DNA of 46,171 bases from Spirochaetales bacterium (lineage in GTDB: Bacteria > Spirochaetota > Spirochaetia > DSM-27196 > SLST01): contig JAHOYX010000098.1 in assembly GCA_019038705.1 (NCBI GenBank), positions 1 through 46,171 on the forward strand. The letters are read 5' to 3'. Shown here in pieces: positions 1 through 9,302 of this stretch. The notes under the pieces are model-generated. The model made no database searches, was not told the origin of the DNA, and saw only the letters and a program-made list of their open reading frames with translations. The first letter of the stretch is position 1, and the number at the start of each line of letters is the position of its first letter. A program made the position numbers and the translations under genes.

Positions 1-448
1 AATCCGCACTGTCCATATCAACCGCGACCATCGCTAGATTATTCCCTTCCAGCTTTGCAATCAGGCGGTCCGGACGATTGAAAAGAAGAATGCCCGCCGG
101 ATTACGGCTGCTGACTTCTTCTAGAATATCAGTCACATCTTCCCGTTCTTCCAAGTTGGAAATAAACAGAAGGTTCAGCATATAGCCTCTTTCACGGAGT
201 ATTTTCTCGCTGGCCGCGATTTTTGCAGCAGTCAATTCACCCACATTATTAATAACCCCGGTGATTTCATAGGAAATCCCTGTGCGCAAGCCTCGGGCTT
301 TGCGGTCCACCCTATAATGCATTTCACGGGCCAAATCCAGAATGCGCTTTTTTTTCAATTCCTGCACATAACCGGAATCATACAGAGCACGGCTGACCGT
401 TCGAACCGAAACTCCGGCTGCCTGCGCAATGTCTTTTAATGTAGCCAT
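1..448 (-). CDS. LacI/GalR-family transcriptional regulator, partial (C-terminus lies beyond the left edge)
   Basis: Hand translation of the reverse strand from the ATG at 446-448 gives MATLKDIAQAAGVSVRTVSRALYDSGYVQELKKKRILDLAREMHYRVDRKARGLRTG..., the canonical LacI N-terminal HTH. The frame stays open to position 1. It is absent from the ORF track because no stop codon lies in the window. Confidence 0.8.
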   Translation of the reverse strand, partial: MATLKDIAQAAGVSVRTVSRALYDSGYVQELKKKRILDLAREMHYRVDRKARGLRTGISYEITGVINNVGELTAAKIAASEKILRERGYMLNLLFISNLEEREDVTDILEEVSSRNPAGILLFNRPDRLIAKLEGNNLAMVAVDMDSAD

Positions 449-463
449 ATTTTCCCGGAAACC

Positions 464-485
464 AATGTGCCAACGTTGGCACATT
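464..485. promoter_or_regulatory. Perfect 22-bp palindrome, candidate LacI-type operator
   Basis: AATGTGCCAACGTTGGCACATT equals its own reverse complement and has a central CG. It lies 15 nt upstream of the start codon of the LacI-family gene at 1-448. Confidence 0.55.
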
Positions 486-540
486 GTACCAAATAAGGAG
501 ACCATGTCAAGGTGACCCGCCCCCGATGTTTGTACCACCC

Positions 541-816
541 CTATGACAGACCGGCAACAGCCGGAAGTCCTTCCAGCAGCGATTTCACCTCCGGTGCCGG
601 GGGACGGTACCCAAGCGAGCTGTGCGGCCGCTTCGTGTTGTAGTGCTTTCGCCACTGCTCAATGAGGACCTGCGCCTCCTTCAGTGTGTACAGCCGTTCC
701 AGGTTGAGGAACTCGTCCCTGAGTTTCCCATTGAACGATTCCACCTCGCGCTGCTTCTTGCGGTACATCGGCCCGGATGCACGGGCTTTCGCGATTTCCC
801 GCTGTTTTCCGTGCAT
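541..816 (-). pseudogene. 3' remnant of an rve/DDE (IS3-like) transposase
   Basis: The tail of the 91-aa ORF, ESFNGKLRDEFLNLERLYTLKEAQVLIEQWRKHYNTKRPHSSLGYRPPAPE, is the typical C-terminus of integrase-core transposases. The first ~25 residues do not look homologous, and the entire N-terminal DDE part is missing. Only ~70 nt separate the ORF from the next gene. Confidence 0.7.
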
Positions 817-885
817 CCGAATGGTCGATTATACCATCTAACTCATTGTAGCGTAAAGTCTTAGGACGTTTTCAGGAAGCCCTGC

Positions 886-1704
886 TTACACATCTCGCCA
901 TCGATAGGAAGGCAACCATCCCAATAGCTTCTTTGCCTGCCTTGTATCAACCAGGGAAGCAAATGGTTCCCGATTCTTGAAATCGCCACCGCGCCACTCA
1001 ACCCCGGGCAAGTGCCTGACCACAAGTTCCTCGCTGTTGAGTTCTTCAGAGGCGAGATCATCTGCAGAAAGAAGCAAGACGACATGACCCGGATCCGGAC
1101 AAGTCAGGGCGCAAACCGCAGCACGGGCCATATCCTCAACATGGATGAAACAGCCATACTCCCAAAAGGGAGTCCACTCCCGGCTCGGGTCGGTAGCGCG
1201 CTCTCTGCGTATCCGCTCTATCCTCTGATCGGTCCAGACAATCGGCGGCCGGAGGCATATGGTCGCTATGCCGGTGCGTGACGTGAAGACCGAGCAGGCC
1301 TCTTCTGACAGATACTTGGACAGGCCGTAGGATGTCGCTGGCCGGCAGGGATGCGTTTCGTCGATGGGCAGAAAATCAGGTTTGTCCTCGCCGCGAAAGA
1401 TTCCCAATGCATTGACGCTGCTGAAGTAGACGATCCTTTCGACATGACAGGCTTCTGCAGCCTGCAGGAGATTCCAGGTGCCGCCAACGCCTGTGCTGAA
1501 TACGATCTCATCCTCACCGTTCATCAATGCGCCGAGGTGCACGGCCGCCTGACAGCCCTGCATGTGTCTGATGAGCGACTGCAGATCCATCACGTCGCGG
1601 CCGTCCAGAATATCGAAGCCTTCAACGTCGTGGCCGGCTTCCTCAAGCCGGCGATGGACAACCGAACCAATTCTGCCCCTGTGACCTGTAACGAGGATTC
1701 TCAT
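886..1704 (-). CDS. NAD-dependent epimerase/dehydratase (extended SDR)
   Basis: It has the N-terminal Rossmann motif MRILVTGHRGRIGS and the catalytic YGLSK (YxxxK). The length of 272 aa is typical. Confidence 0.75.
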   Translation of the reverse strand: MRILVTGHRGRIGSVVHRRLEEAGHDVEGFDILDGRDVMDLQSLIRHMQGCQAAVHLGALMNGEDEIVFSTGVGGTWNLLQAAEACHVERIVYFSSVNALGIFRGEDKPDFLPIDETHPCRPATSYGLSKYLSEEACSVFTSRTGIATICLRPPIVWTDQRIERIRRERATDPSREWTPFWEYGCFIHVEDMARAAVCALTCPDPGHVVLLLSADDLASEELNSEELVVRHLPGVEWRGGDFKNREPFASLVDTRQAKKLLGWLPSYRWRDV

Positions 1705-1786
1705 CTGGTCTCTGCTGGAGGCATACTGGTGAACATCCGACGATAATGAAATAATGTCCGGTGATCATCAACCGTCGGGGACAAAG

Positions 1787-2866
1787 ATGTCAACAGACAA
1801 ACCATATCCGCTAAGAGCCGTGCCAGGCCTCTATTCGACTCATTCGGGCATCCAGATCGCGTCAACGATCCGGTCGACCGCAACGGATGAGGATCTGCAG
1901 TTCCTGCAGCAGCTGGGTATCGAGTGGGTCATGGTCAACATTGACAAGCCATCGGATCATCACGTCGACTACTACCGTGGATTGAAAGCCCGCCTGGCAC
2001 GATTCGACCTCCAGATCTATCGAATCGCCAATCATGCTGTCCACAACGTAGCGGAGATCACCCTGAATCTGCCCGGTCGCGAGCGGAAGATAGACGAGTT
2101 CATCGCGTTTGTCCGCAATCTGGGCAAAGCGGGAATCCGATACCACACCTACGCGCATATGGCTAATGGCATCTGGTCCAGCGGCCGGACCGTCCTTCGT
2201 GGCGGCATGTCGGCGAGAACGCTCGATCCGAGCGACGCAACCGGTCATTGGATCGACCAGGTCTACCAGGGCGAACTGACCCACGGGCGTGAGTACAGTG
2301 AAGATGAGATCTGGGACAACTACGAGTTCATGATCCGCCGTGTGGCGCCAGTCGCGGAAGAGGCCGGGGTGTATATCGGGATTCATCCCGACGATCCACC
2401 CGTATATACCCTTGGTGGTGTTCCACGCTGCATCTTCGGTAACTTCGATGGCTACAAACGTGCTCTCGAGATTGCCGACAGTCCGAATATTGGTGTCTGC
2501 CTGTGCGTTGGCTGCTGGCTGGAAGGCGGTCCTGCCGCGATGGGCAGTAGTGTCATCGACGCAATCCACTACTTTGCGGGCATCGACAAACTGTTCAAAG
2601 TGCATTTTCGAAACGTCACCAATCCGATGCCGGATCCGTTGACCGAAACCCTGATGGATGACGGCTACATGGATATGTACGCTGTCATGCGCGCACTCAG
2701 GCAGGTCGACTTTGACGGTTGCATCATCCCTGACCACATACCCCAACTGATTGGCGGAGACAGATCCGGTGTGGCCTATTCCATCGCTTATATGAAGGCC
2801 CTGGTCCAGGCGGTCAACACCGAGACCGGACACATTGATGGAAATCTGAACATCGACTCACCGTAG
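1787..2866 (+). CDS. uxuA: Mannonate dehydratase (UxuA) family protein
   Basis: GIHPDDPP, KVHFRNV, DDGYMDMY and IIPDHIP resemble short-form UxuA as I recall it. I chose the start at 1787 (MSTDKPY) because GGGGA lies 5 nt upstream. The alternative ATG at 1754 sits inside a -10-like TAATGT. Confidence 0.6.
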   Translation: MSTDKPYPLRAVPGLYSTHSGIQIASTIRSTATDEDLQFLQQLGIEWVMVNIDKPSDHHVDYYRGLKARLARFDLQIYRIANHAVHNVAEITLNLPGRERKIDEFIAFVRNLGKAGIRYHTYAHMANGIWSSGRTVLRGGMSARTLDPSDATGHWIDQVYQGELTHGREYSEDEIWDNYEFMIRRVAPVAEEAGVYIGIHPDDPPVYTLGGVPRCIFGNFDGYKRALEIADSPNIGVCLCVGCWLEGGPAAMGSSVIDAIHYFAGIDKLFKVHFRNVTNPMPDPLTETLMDDGYMDMYAVMRALRQVDFDGCIIPDHIPQLIGGDRSGVAYSIAYMKALVQAVNTETGHIDGNLNIDSP

Positions 2867-3083
2867 CAACGCCGTTGTCGGCCTTGAGGAACTCGCTAAG
2901 CTCGGACAGCCTTCCGGTCATGCCGTCGACCATGAGATTAAGTTGGTGTTTGAGCCATCCTCTTGGTCGGACCGCACCGAGGGGGAGCTTGATGAGACGC
3001 TGGGGCTCCAGCGGGGGATTATTCGAGCCGTAGTGGTCGTTGCGCGAAACAGCGTCGGGCCTTTCGACAACGCTCACATTCAT
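2814..3083 (-). pseudogene. Possible N-terminal stump of a large glycoside hydrolase (family not assignable)
   Basis: An ATG lies 11 nt after the GH38 stop. MNVSVVERPDAVSRNDHYGSNNPPLEPQRLIKLPLGAVRPRGWLKHQLNLMVDGMTGRLSELSEF looks like the start of multi-domain glycosidases. The frame then runs 52 nt into the convergent uxuA 3' end and stops after 89 codons. Confidence 0.3.
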
Positions 3084-3094
3084 GTCACTGTCCT

Positions 3095-5974
3095 TCACGA
3101 CTCCGGCTGCCGGGTGGGTGCCCCACCCACAGATGAGCCGACAACGTCGGCAAAATGGATCAAGAGCGTCTTGACCTGATGAGGATCGATTGTGACCTGG
3201 AATCGCGTTCCGTCCTGAATGTCTACAGACTTCTGCGAGCTGTCCCTTTCCATGGGGTCTATCTCGTAGACCTCGCTGATCGCCCGTGCGGCGGTGACCA
3301 GAGCCGTGCAACCCTCCCCCGAACACTCAAAGAGCCTCAGGATTGTTCCACCGCCGTCCTCGGCCTCCTTGAACGCACTCAACTGGACGTTGGTCGGTTC
3401 AATGGAAAGGAACGTTCGCTCCGCCGGCCAGGGTCCCTCCCGTGGTTCAGTTCTCATGGGAATGAGTGGGCAGTTGAAGCTCGTCGCCACAGATGAGGCG
3501 TGCTCCGGTGACCACTGTGTCGAAGGGTAAACGGAGTAGGTAATCCGGTGTCGCCCCATCTCGGGCAGAGGATCAGGCTCGTAGGAACTCCGCAGGAGAC
3601 ACATGGCAATTCCATCGTCGTCTCCGCTGTAGCTATACGTGTGGGAGTTCACAATCGTAATTCCGGCGCCGTCTTCTTCGACCACCGCCCCCCATCGTTG
3701 CGCCGGGACTTCCTTCCCATCGGCATCCCGTCTGATGCTCCCGAAGGGAGCATCGTACACGTGTCGTGGATTGTCCAGGCTGACCGGGAAGTAAACCTTC
3801 AATGTGGGGACTCCGGTGTCTCTCCCCCCTTTTTCGTGCCAAACCACGTTCAGGGTGAAGTCCAGTTCGGGCAGATCCCGGTGAAGGATGATGTCAAGAT
3901 CGAAACTGGAGTCCAGGAAGGTGTTGTGACACCGAACCATGGCTCGTGACGGCCCGGACTCGACGACTTCCAGGGTGCCTCCGGAAGCAAGGGCCCACGC
4001 CTCCGTCAGTCTTCCCTTAATCCAGGCAGACATTCGGTGCGGCTCTTCGCGCTCGAAGTGGAGTTGCCCAAAATTCTTCTTTCCAGGGACGAGTTCACGG
4101 GATGTGCGTTTGTCAAAGAGGCTCACGACGCTGGAAGACTTTGCGTCTATCTCAACCCGAAGGAATGCGTTCTCCATCCATGCCCCGGTCGTCGTGTGAC
4201 CCGCCAGGGCACCGCTCGTCCGACATTCCTCCGGCAGCCGGGCGACTTCGTCTATCCAGAATGTCTTGTAGCCGAGCGGCGGGACCTCTTTGGCGGTGAA
4301 GACAATCTGAGCAAACTGGTGTCCGTACTCCATGTCAAAGCGGAGCATCGGGGGCTGAGGTATGTCATCGTAGAACGTGTTGTAGAACCCCTTCCTTCCG
4401 TAGAAGCTGTCCCCCTTCGCATTCTTCTCCCAGAGGCTCGCCTGCGTCTCCATGATGTGCGCGGCGACTGCGCCCCCCTGACCATCTCTCACGACGAGGT
4501 CGTGGGTGCCCGAAACGTCGTAGAGAACCAGCTCCACCTTGTCGGTTCTGGGTTGCGACGTGGGGTTGAACACGACCACCGGAATGCCACGTTCCCCGCC
4601 GGTGTTGACGTTGACCGCCATCTGCCGAACGGCGCGATCAATGACTGTAGACGTCCTGGCCTCGATCTCCAGATGCTGACCCTGAGCGTGTTCGTTGGAC
4701 TCCCTGATGCCCGCACCCGGCAGGATGTCGTGGAACTGGTTGAACATCGCCATCTTCCAGCTCTGCTCCAGTTCGTCCTTTGGATAGACGAAGTTGGCGA
4801 ACGTCCCGGCAATTGAGGCGATTGATTCGGAGATGAACAGCTGGTTTTCGGCTCTCCGATTGGAGTGCTTGATTCTGCTCTGCGAGGAGTAGCAGCCGCG
4901 GTGGACGAAGTTGAGTTCTCCTCGTACCTCGGGCAGATCTCCGGCTTCTTCTTCAACCAGCTTGAAGTACTCCTGCACCGTGCTGCAGCGTGTGGCAGGA
5001 AATATCGGCCACTTCCCCATCTCTTCTATCTTTCTGATGTCGTCCCGGGACGGGCCGCCCCCGTGGTTGCCGACGCCGTAGACAATCATGAATTGCCTGA
5101 GGCCTGTTGCGGTCTCATGGCGCAGGACATAGGCGACATCACTGCTGGCGACGTGTTTGTCCACAAACGGGAATCTGTCGTTGTTCCAGACGAGCAACCG
5201 TGAATCATCCTCGCCGACCCACCAGAAGAGCCACGGCATCTTTCCGGGCTTCCCCTCACAGATATCGGGTTGCATGTCACTTCCGGGACGGCGGAGGTAG
5301 TAGTACCGTATGCCCGCCTGGCGCAGGATGCTGGGAGTCGCTAATGGATGGCCAAATGTGTCGGTCGCCCAATCAACCTGGACGGTCTCCGGGTCTATCC
5401 CCAGGTGCTCTCTCATGTACTTCTTCGCACAGAGAATCTGGCGCACCTGGGATTCGCCGGAGCTCATGTTCTTGTCGGCTTCAACCCACGAGTTGGCGGT
5501 GACCTCCCACTGGCCGCCGGCGATCTTCTCTTTGATCCGCTCAAAGAGCTCGGGACTGAAGCTGCGGGCAATCTCGTAGGTTAGGATCTGGCTCTGAGAG
5601 AAGCGGTAGTCAGGGAACTCGTCCATCAGATCAACCATGGTGGCAAAGGTTCGATAGCACGACTTGACTGTTTCGGGCCACGACCAGAGCCAATCCATGT
5701 CTATGTGAGCGTGGGCGACGTAATTCAGGCAGTAGTTCTTTGCTTCCGGCCCGATCGGCTTCAGGATCTCCTCGACATGGTCAACGATCGTCTGGATGCT
5801 CTGGGCTTGATCCCTTCGCGTCCTGGACGCGTTTTCGGCCTGGTCAACAAGCGCGAGCCAGTCATCTCTGTCCATATGCAGGGCAAGCTCGCGAGCGAAA
5901 TCGATTTGGCTGAGGAGCCTGTCAGAAGCGGCGCTTTCCCGCTCTATCTTCTCGCACACTGGGTCCAACTCCAT
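3095..5974 (-). CDS. GH38 alpha-mannosidase
   Basis: The 959-aa product has the HAHIDMDWLW metal-site motif and FNQFHDILPG, both GH38 hallmarks. No signal peptide is evident. Confidence 0.9.
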   Translation of the reverse strand: MELDPVCEKIERESAASDRLLSQIDFARELALHMDRDDWLALVDQAENASRTRRDQAQSIQTIVDHVEEILKPIGPEAKNYCLNYVAHAHIDMDWLWSWPETVKSCYRTFATMVDLMDEFPDYRFSQSQILTYEIARSFSPELFERIKEKIAGGQWEVTANSWVEADKNMSSGESQVRQILCAKKYMREHLGIDPETVQVDWATDTFGHPLATPSILRQAGIRYYYLRRPGSDMQPDICEGKPGKMPWLFWWVGEDDSRLLVWNNDRFPFVDKHVASSDVAYVLRHETATGLRQFMIVYGVGNHGGGPSRDDIRKIEEMGKWPIFPATRCSTVQEYFKLVEEEAGDLPEVRGELNFVHRGCYSSQSRIKHSNRRAENQLFISESIASIAGTFANFVYPKDELEQSWKMAMFNQFHDILPGAGIRESNEHAQGQHLEIEARTSTVIDRAVRQMAVNVNTGGERGIPVVVFNPTSQPRTDKVELVLYDVSGTHDLVVRDGQGGAVAAHIMETQASLWEKNAKGDSFYGRKGFYNTFYDDIPQPPMLRFDMEYGHQFAQIVFTAKEVPPLGYKTFWIDEVARLPEECRTSGALAGHTTTGAWMENAFLRVEIDAKSSSVVSLFDKRTSRELVPGKKNFGQLHFEREEPHRMSAWIKGRLTEAWALASGGTLEVVESGPSRAMVRCHNTFLDSSFDLDIILHRDLPELDFTLNVVWHEKGGRDTGVPTLKVYFPVSLDNPRHVYDAPFGSIRRDADGKEVPAQRWGAVVEEDGAGITIVNSHTYSYSGDDDGIAMCLLRSSYEPDPLPEMGRHRITYSVYPSTQWSPEHASSVATSFNCPLIPMRTEPREGPWPAERTFLSIEPTNVQLSAFKEAEDGGGTILRLFECSGEGCTALVTAARAISEVYEIDPMERDSSQKSVDIQDGTRFQVTIDPHQVKTLLIHFADVVGSSVGGAPTRQPES

Positions 5975-6000
5975 ACCGGTTCCTGAGTCCGCCGACTCTC

Positions 6001-6840
6001 TTATCCTTTCACACCCGCGAGATTGAACGACTTGATGAGATGCCTGCGAGCATAGAGAACAAGAACGATAATGGGGGCGATGTAGACAATAGCGAGAGCC
6101 GCCAGGAATCCATAGTCGATGTACTGAGAGGTTATATACGCTCTGAAGATGGCGACGCCCAGTGGCGTCTTGTTGTCTGACGTGATGAAGAGAACCGGCG
6201 TGAGAAACGTGCCCCAGGAGCCCCTGAAGGTGAGGATGGCAACCGCCGCGGCTGCCGGCGCCGAGAGAGGAAACACAACCCGGGTCAGTGATGTCCAGCG
6301 CGTTCCGCCGTCAATCCAGACGGCCTCCTCCAACTCCGGCTGAATGGTGTCGAAGAAGGTCTTCATGACCCAGAGCGCAATCGGCAAACTGCCCGACGCG
6401 TCAACCAGGATGACCGCGAAGTAGGTGTCCATCAGACCGAGGTTGCTGATGAGTTTGAAGAGCGGGACAAGATATGTCGTATTCGGTATCACACGGATGA
6501 GAATGATGAAATACAGGAATGGCGTCTTCCACCAGAATTTCAGCCGCGACAGCATGTAGCCGCCAAGGGTGCTCGCGACAAGCACAAGGACTACCGTACC
6601 TACCGCGTATATCAGGCTGTTGCCCATCCAGAGAAACCCTTGTTCCTGGACGAAGAAGTTGACGAAGTTCTGAAAGGTGAACTCCACCGGGGTCAGCCAG
6701 AGCTGCGGTTTTGTGTCAAACGCCGAGAGAATCAGCCAGTAGAAGGGCACCAGGCTGAAGACGACCAGGAACACGACAAATCCGTATCTGGAGATCTGCG
6801 TCGCGGCCGGTGTGCTGACTCTGCGTCCTCGTCGCTTCAT
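6001..6840 (-). CDS. Carbohydrate ABC transporter permease (MalG-like)
   Basis: It is a multi-TM protein with the EAA-loop region ELEEAVWIDGGTRWTSLTRVVFPLSAP. Its start overlaps the upstream permease stop by 4 nt. Confidence 0.85.
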   Translation of the reverse strand: MKRRGRRVSTPAATQISRYGFVVFLVVFSLVPFYWLILSAFDTKPQLWLTPVEFTFQNFVNFFVQEQGFLWMGNSLIYAVGTVVLVLVASTLGGYMLSRLKFWWKTPFLYFIILIRVIPNTTYLVPLFKLISNLGLMDTYFAVILVDASGSLPIALWVMKTFFDTIQPELEEAVWIDGGTRWTSLTRVVFPLSAPAAAAVAILTFRGSWGTFLTPVLFITSDNKTPLGVAIFRAYITSQYIDYGFLAALAIVYIAPIIVLVLYARRHLIKSFNLAGVKG

Positions 6841-7727
6841 GTCTTTACCCTTAGTAGTTTGAGGTACGCGACGCCGAGAATCGTGCTCAGTATGAGCATG
6901 ACCACGCCGACGGCCGCGCCGTAGCCGAGCTGGAAATGGGCGAACGACTCCTTGTATATGTAGACCGATATGACTTCAGTTGACCGGGCGGGTCCACCTC
7001 CTGTGAGGAAGTAGACAAAACCAAACGTACCGAGCGAACCGACCGTGGTGAGTAGCAGGAACAAGAGGATCGTCGGCGCCAGTATCGGCAGGGTGATGTA
7101 GAGGAACAACTTGAGCCCGGCTGCGCCGTCCACGGTTGCAGCCTCCCGAACATCGTTACCGATTGCCTCGAAACCCGCGGCGAGCAGAATGAAGGCCATG
7201 CCTATCCCCCGCCAGACATTGATCAGGGAGATGGCTATGATCGGGTACTCCCTCGTCCAGTTGATCGGGTCGGCCCCGAAGACAGAAGTAATAAGATTGG
7301 CAATTCCCGTTTCATTCGGGACCAGAATACTGGCCCACATGAATGCGGCCGCCGTCTCCGGAACCGCCATCGTCATCATGATTGCGGCAGTCGGCAGCCA
7401 GCGCAGTTTGAGAGATTGACTCCGAAGTACTCCGGCGGCGCCCAGGCCGATGAAAAGCTGGCCGAGCCATGCGGAGAGGACGAGAAACATCAACGTCACA
7501 AACACCGAATTGTAGAAGTTCGCGTCGGAGAACATGTCGCTGAAGTTCAAGAGGCCTATGAATTGCGGATCGATGGAGCCGCTGCCTATCAACTCCTCGT
7601 TGGTCAAGGCCAGGCGGAACGCGTCAACCGTGGGGATGAGGAAGACGAGAAGCAGGAGAATCGCCGGCAGGAGAAACAGATAGATAGGCAGGTTTGATCG
7701 GTGCAGTTTTGATCGTCTGATGCTCAC
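6837..7727 (-). CDS. Carbohydrate ABC transporter permease (MalF-like)
   Basis: It is a multi-TM protein with the EAA-loop region DVREAATVDGAAGLKLFLYITLPIL. Confidence 0.85.
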   Translation of the reverse strand: MSIRRSKLHRSNLPIYLFLLPAILLLLVFLIPTVDAFRLALTNEELIGSGSIDPQFIGLLNFSDMFSDANFYNSVFVTLMFLVLSAWLGQLFIGLGAAGVLRSQSLKLRWLPTAAIMMTMAVPETAAAFMWASILVPNETGIANLITSVFGADPINWTREYPIIAISLINVWRGIGMAFILLAAGFEAIGNDVREAATVDGAAGLKLFLYITLPILAPTILLFLLLTTVGSLGTFGFVYFLTGGGPARSTEVISVYIYKESFAHFQLGYGAAVGVVMLILSTILGVAYLKLLRVKT

Positions 7728-7760
7728 GATGTCTCCCTCGCTTGGTCTTTGTGTAGCAAA

Positions 7761-7794
7761 GCGGGAGGAAGCGTCGTGCGATGCTCCCTCCCGC
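7761..7794 (-). other. Intercistronic stem-loop between the binding-protein and permease genes
   Basis: GCGGGAGG (7761-7768) pairs with CCTCCCGC (7787-7794) around an 18-nt loop. The position matches the mRNA-stabilising hairpins common after ABC binding-protein genes. Confidence 0.35.
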
Positions 7795-7823
7795 GTGTAG
7801 TGTGAACGGTAGCTACATGCCTA

Positions 7824-9173
7824 TCAGTCTAGCGGCAGCAGAACCATTCCCTCCGGGCTATGACGGAACGCCTGTCGGATCATGTTCGTGTAGGCCGTGA
7901 GGGCCTCCTCTGCGCTGAATCCGAGCAGGAGACGCTCGGTCGCCGTGGCAACCGCCAACTGCACTGCAGATTCCTTTTCAAACGGTGGGAACGTAACCAG
8001 AGTGTCGAGGCGATCCTCCTCCCTCATGAGGTTCGGATTTGCCGCATAGTCCGGGTAAGCATCGCGTGCGTCCCTCCGAGCGGCGATTCCACCGACCTCG
8101 AGCGCCATCCGCCCTATCGCTTCTGCGCTTACCAGGTACTTGAACACCTCAAACGCCAGGTCCGGGTCATCGGTGGCAGCATCGATGCAGTAATTGAAAC
8201 CCATGTTACCGTAGATGTAGGGCTCACCTTCACCGTAGACGGTCGGGAACGCCCAGGTCCCCACGACCTCGTTGATGTCGGGCATCGGCGTGGCGCCGCC
8301 CGGGCCGTAGTCAAAACGCCATCCCCAGGTGCCCTGGGTCTCCATCGCCAGGACTCCCTCCGGGAACTGCTGGTACTTCGGGATCACGTGCGGCAACGGT
8401 GCGAGCATTGAATCGATGAAGAACAGGTTGTTCGCCACCACGGCCTCATAGAGTTGGAATACCTCGAGCAGACCCTTGCTCTGCGCCACAACACGCCCCT
8501 GGTCATCCACGATGTAGGGCGTGCTCGAGCCCATCAGAAACTGCCTGAAGCCCTCGCCCCAGGGACCGCCGCCCCAGATGTTACCCATCGGGAGCATAAG
8601 GCCGTACTCGGCGCCGCTATTGTCCCTGACTTGGACGGCCTTCTCGACCAACTCTTGCCAGGTCTGCGGCTGATCTTCAGACACTCCCGCTTCCTCCAGG
8701 CGGTCTCGACGATACCAGATAGAGAGGCCGGACCCGGCAATCGGCAGTCCGTAGATCCGTCCACCGCCGATTTCCAGTGACCGTTGCTGCGAAATCTCGT
8801 AGAACTGATCCCATCCGTCCCAGGCCTTCACCTGGTCGGTGATGTCAAGAACAAGGTCGCTGGCCACGAGCATGGGGTCAATCTGGCCGTCGGTGCGGAA
8901 GATGTCGAAACCCTCGCCGCCCTGCAGCGCCGTGAGCAGCTTCGTGATGTAGTCCGCCCCTACATTCGGCCCCTCCACGATCGTGATTTCGACGCCCAGT
9001 TCCGCCTCAATCTTCGGCACGATGGCCCGAACCGCCTCGATCCTCAGAGGTTGGCCCTCGTAGATGGTGATTTCGCCACCAGCTGCGGCCCCTTCTGCTC
9101 CACCCCGAGCGAAGAGAAATGCCGGCATGAGTAGCAAGACCAGCATTGTCAGAACGAAGATTCTCGTTTTCAT
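7824..9173 (-). CDS. ABC transporter extracellular sugar-binding protein (CUT1 family)
   Basis: It has the signal peptide MKTRIFVLTMLVLLLMPAFLFA, and GGAGG lies 5 nt upstream of the ATG at 9171-9173. The track start at 9185 falls inside that SD. No ABC ATPase gene is in the locus. Confidence 0.85.
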   Translation of the reverse strand: MKTRIFVLTMLVLLLMPAFLFARGGAEGAAAGGEITIYEGQPLRIEAVRAIVPKIEAELGVEITIVEGPNVGADYITKLLTALQGGEGFDIFRTDGQIDPMLVASDLVLDITDQVKAWDGWDQFYEISQQRSLEIGGGRIYGLPIAGSGLSIWYRRDRLEEAGVSEDQPQTWQELVEKAVQVRDNSGAEYGLMLPMGNIWGGGPWGEGFRQFLMGSSTPYIVDDQGRVVAQSKGLLEVFQLYEAVVANNLFFIDSMLAPLPHVIPKYQQFPEGVLAMETQGTWGWRFDYGPGGATPMPDINEVVGTWAFPTVYGEGEPYIYGNMGFNYCIDAATDDPDLAFEVFKYLVSAEAIGRMALEVGGIAARRDARDAYPDYAANPNLMREEDRLDTLVTFPPFEKESAVQLAVATATERLLLGFSAEEALTAYTNMIRQAFRHSPEGMVLLPLD

Positions 9174-9302
9174 AGATACCTCCATGGTACTAAGATTCCT
9201 GTATCGTGCACATGTCCGGAAGCCAATCTCCCGGTAACGTGACGAAACCCTGATTTGGATGAGACGGTCCGTGGGCAGGGGACATCTGGATCACGGCGAA
9301 CC

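Noticed and set aside
348-355. A T8 (A8 coding-strand) tract in the partial LacI gene as a phase-variation switch.
   Set aside because: It encodes a Lys run in an AT-richer gene. This is unremarkable at that composition and there is no supporting evidence.
1862-2833. Long antisense ORFs opposite recognised genes. Examples are 1862-2833(-), 21022-22086(-), 23304-24140(-), 23603-24442(-), 26957-27781(-), 33352-34272(-), 40676-41458(-) and 14591-15346(-).
   Set aside because: These are typical GC-rich shadow ORFs. Their translations are Arg/Pro/Gly/Ser-rich with no family signatures. The opposite strand encodes clearly recognisable proteins in each case.
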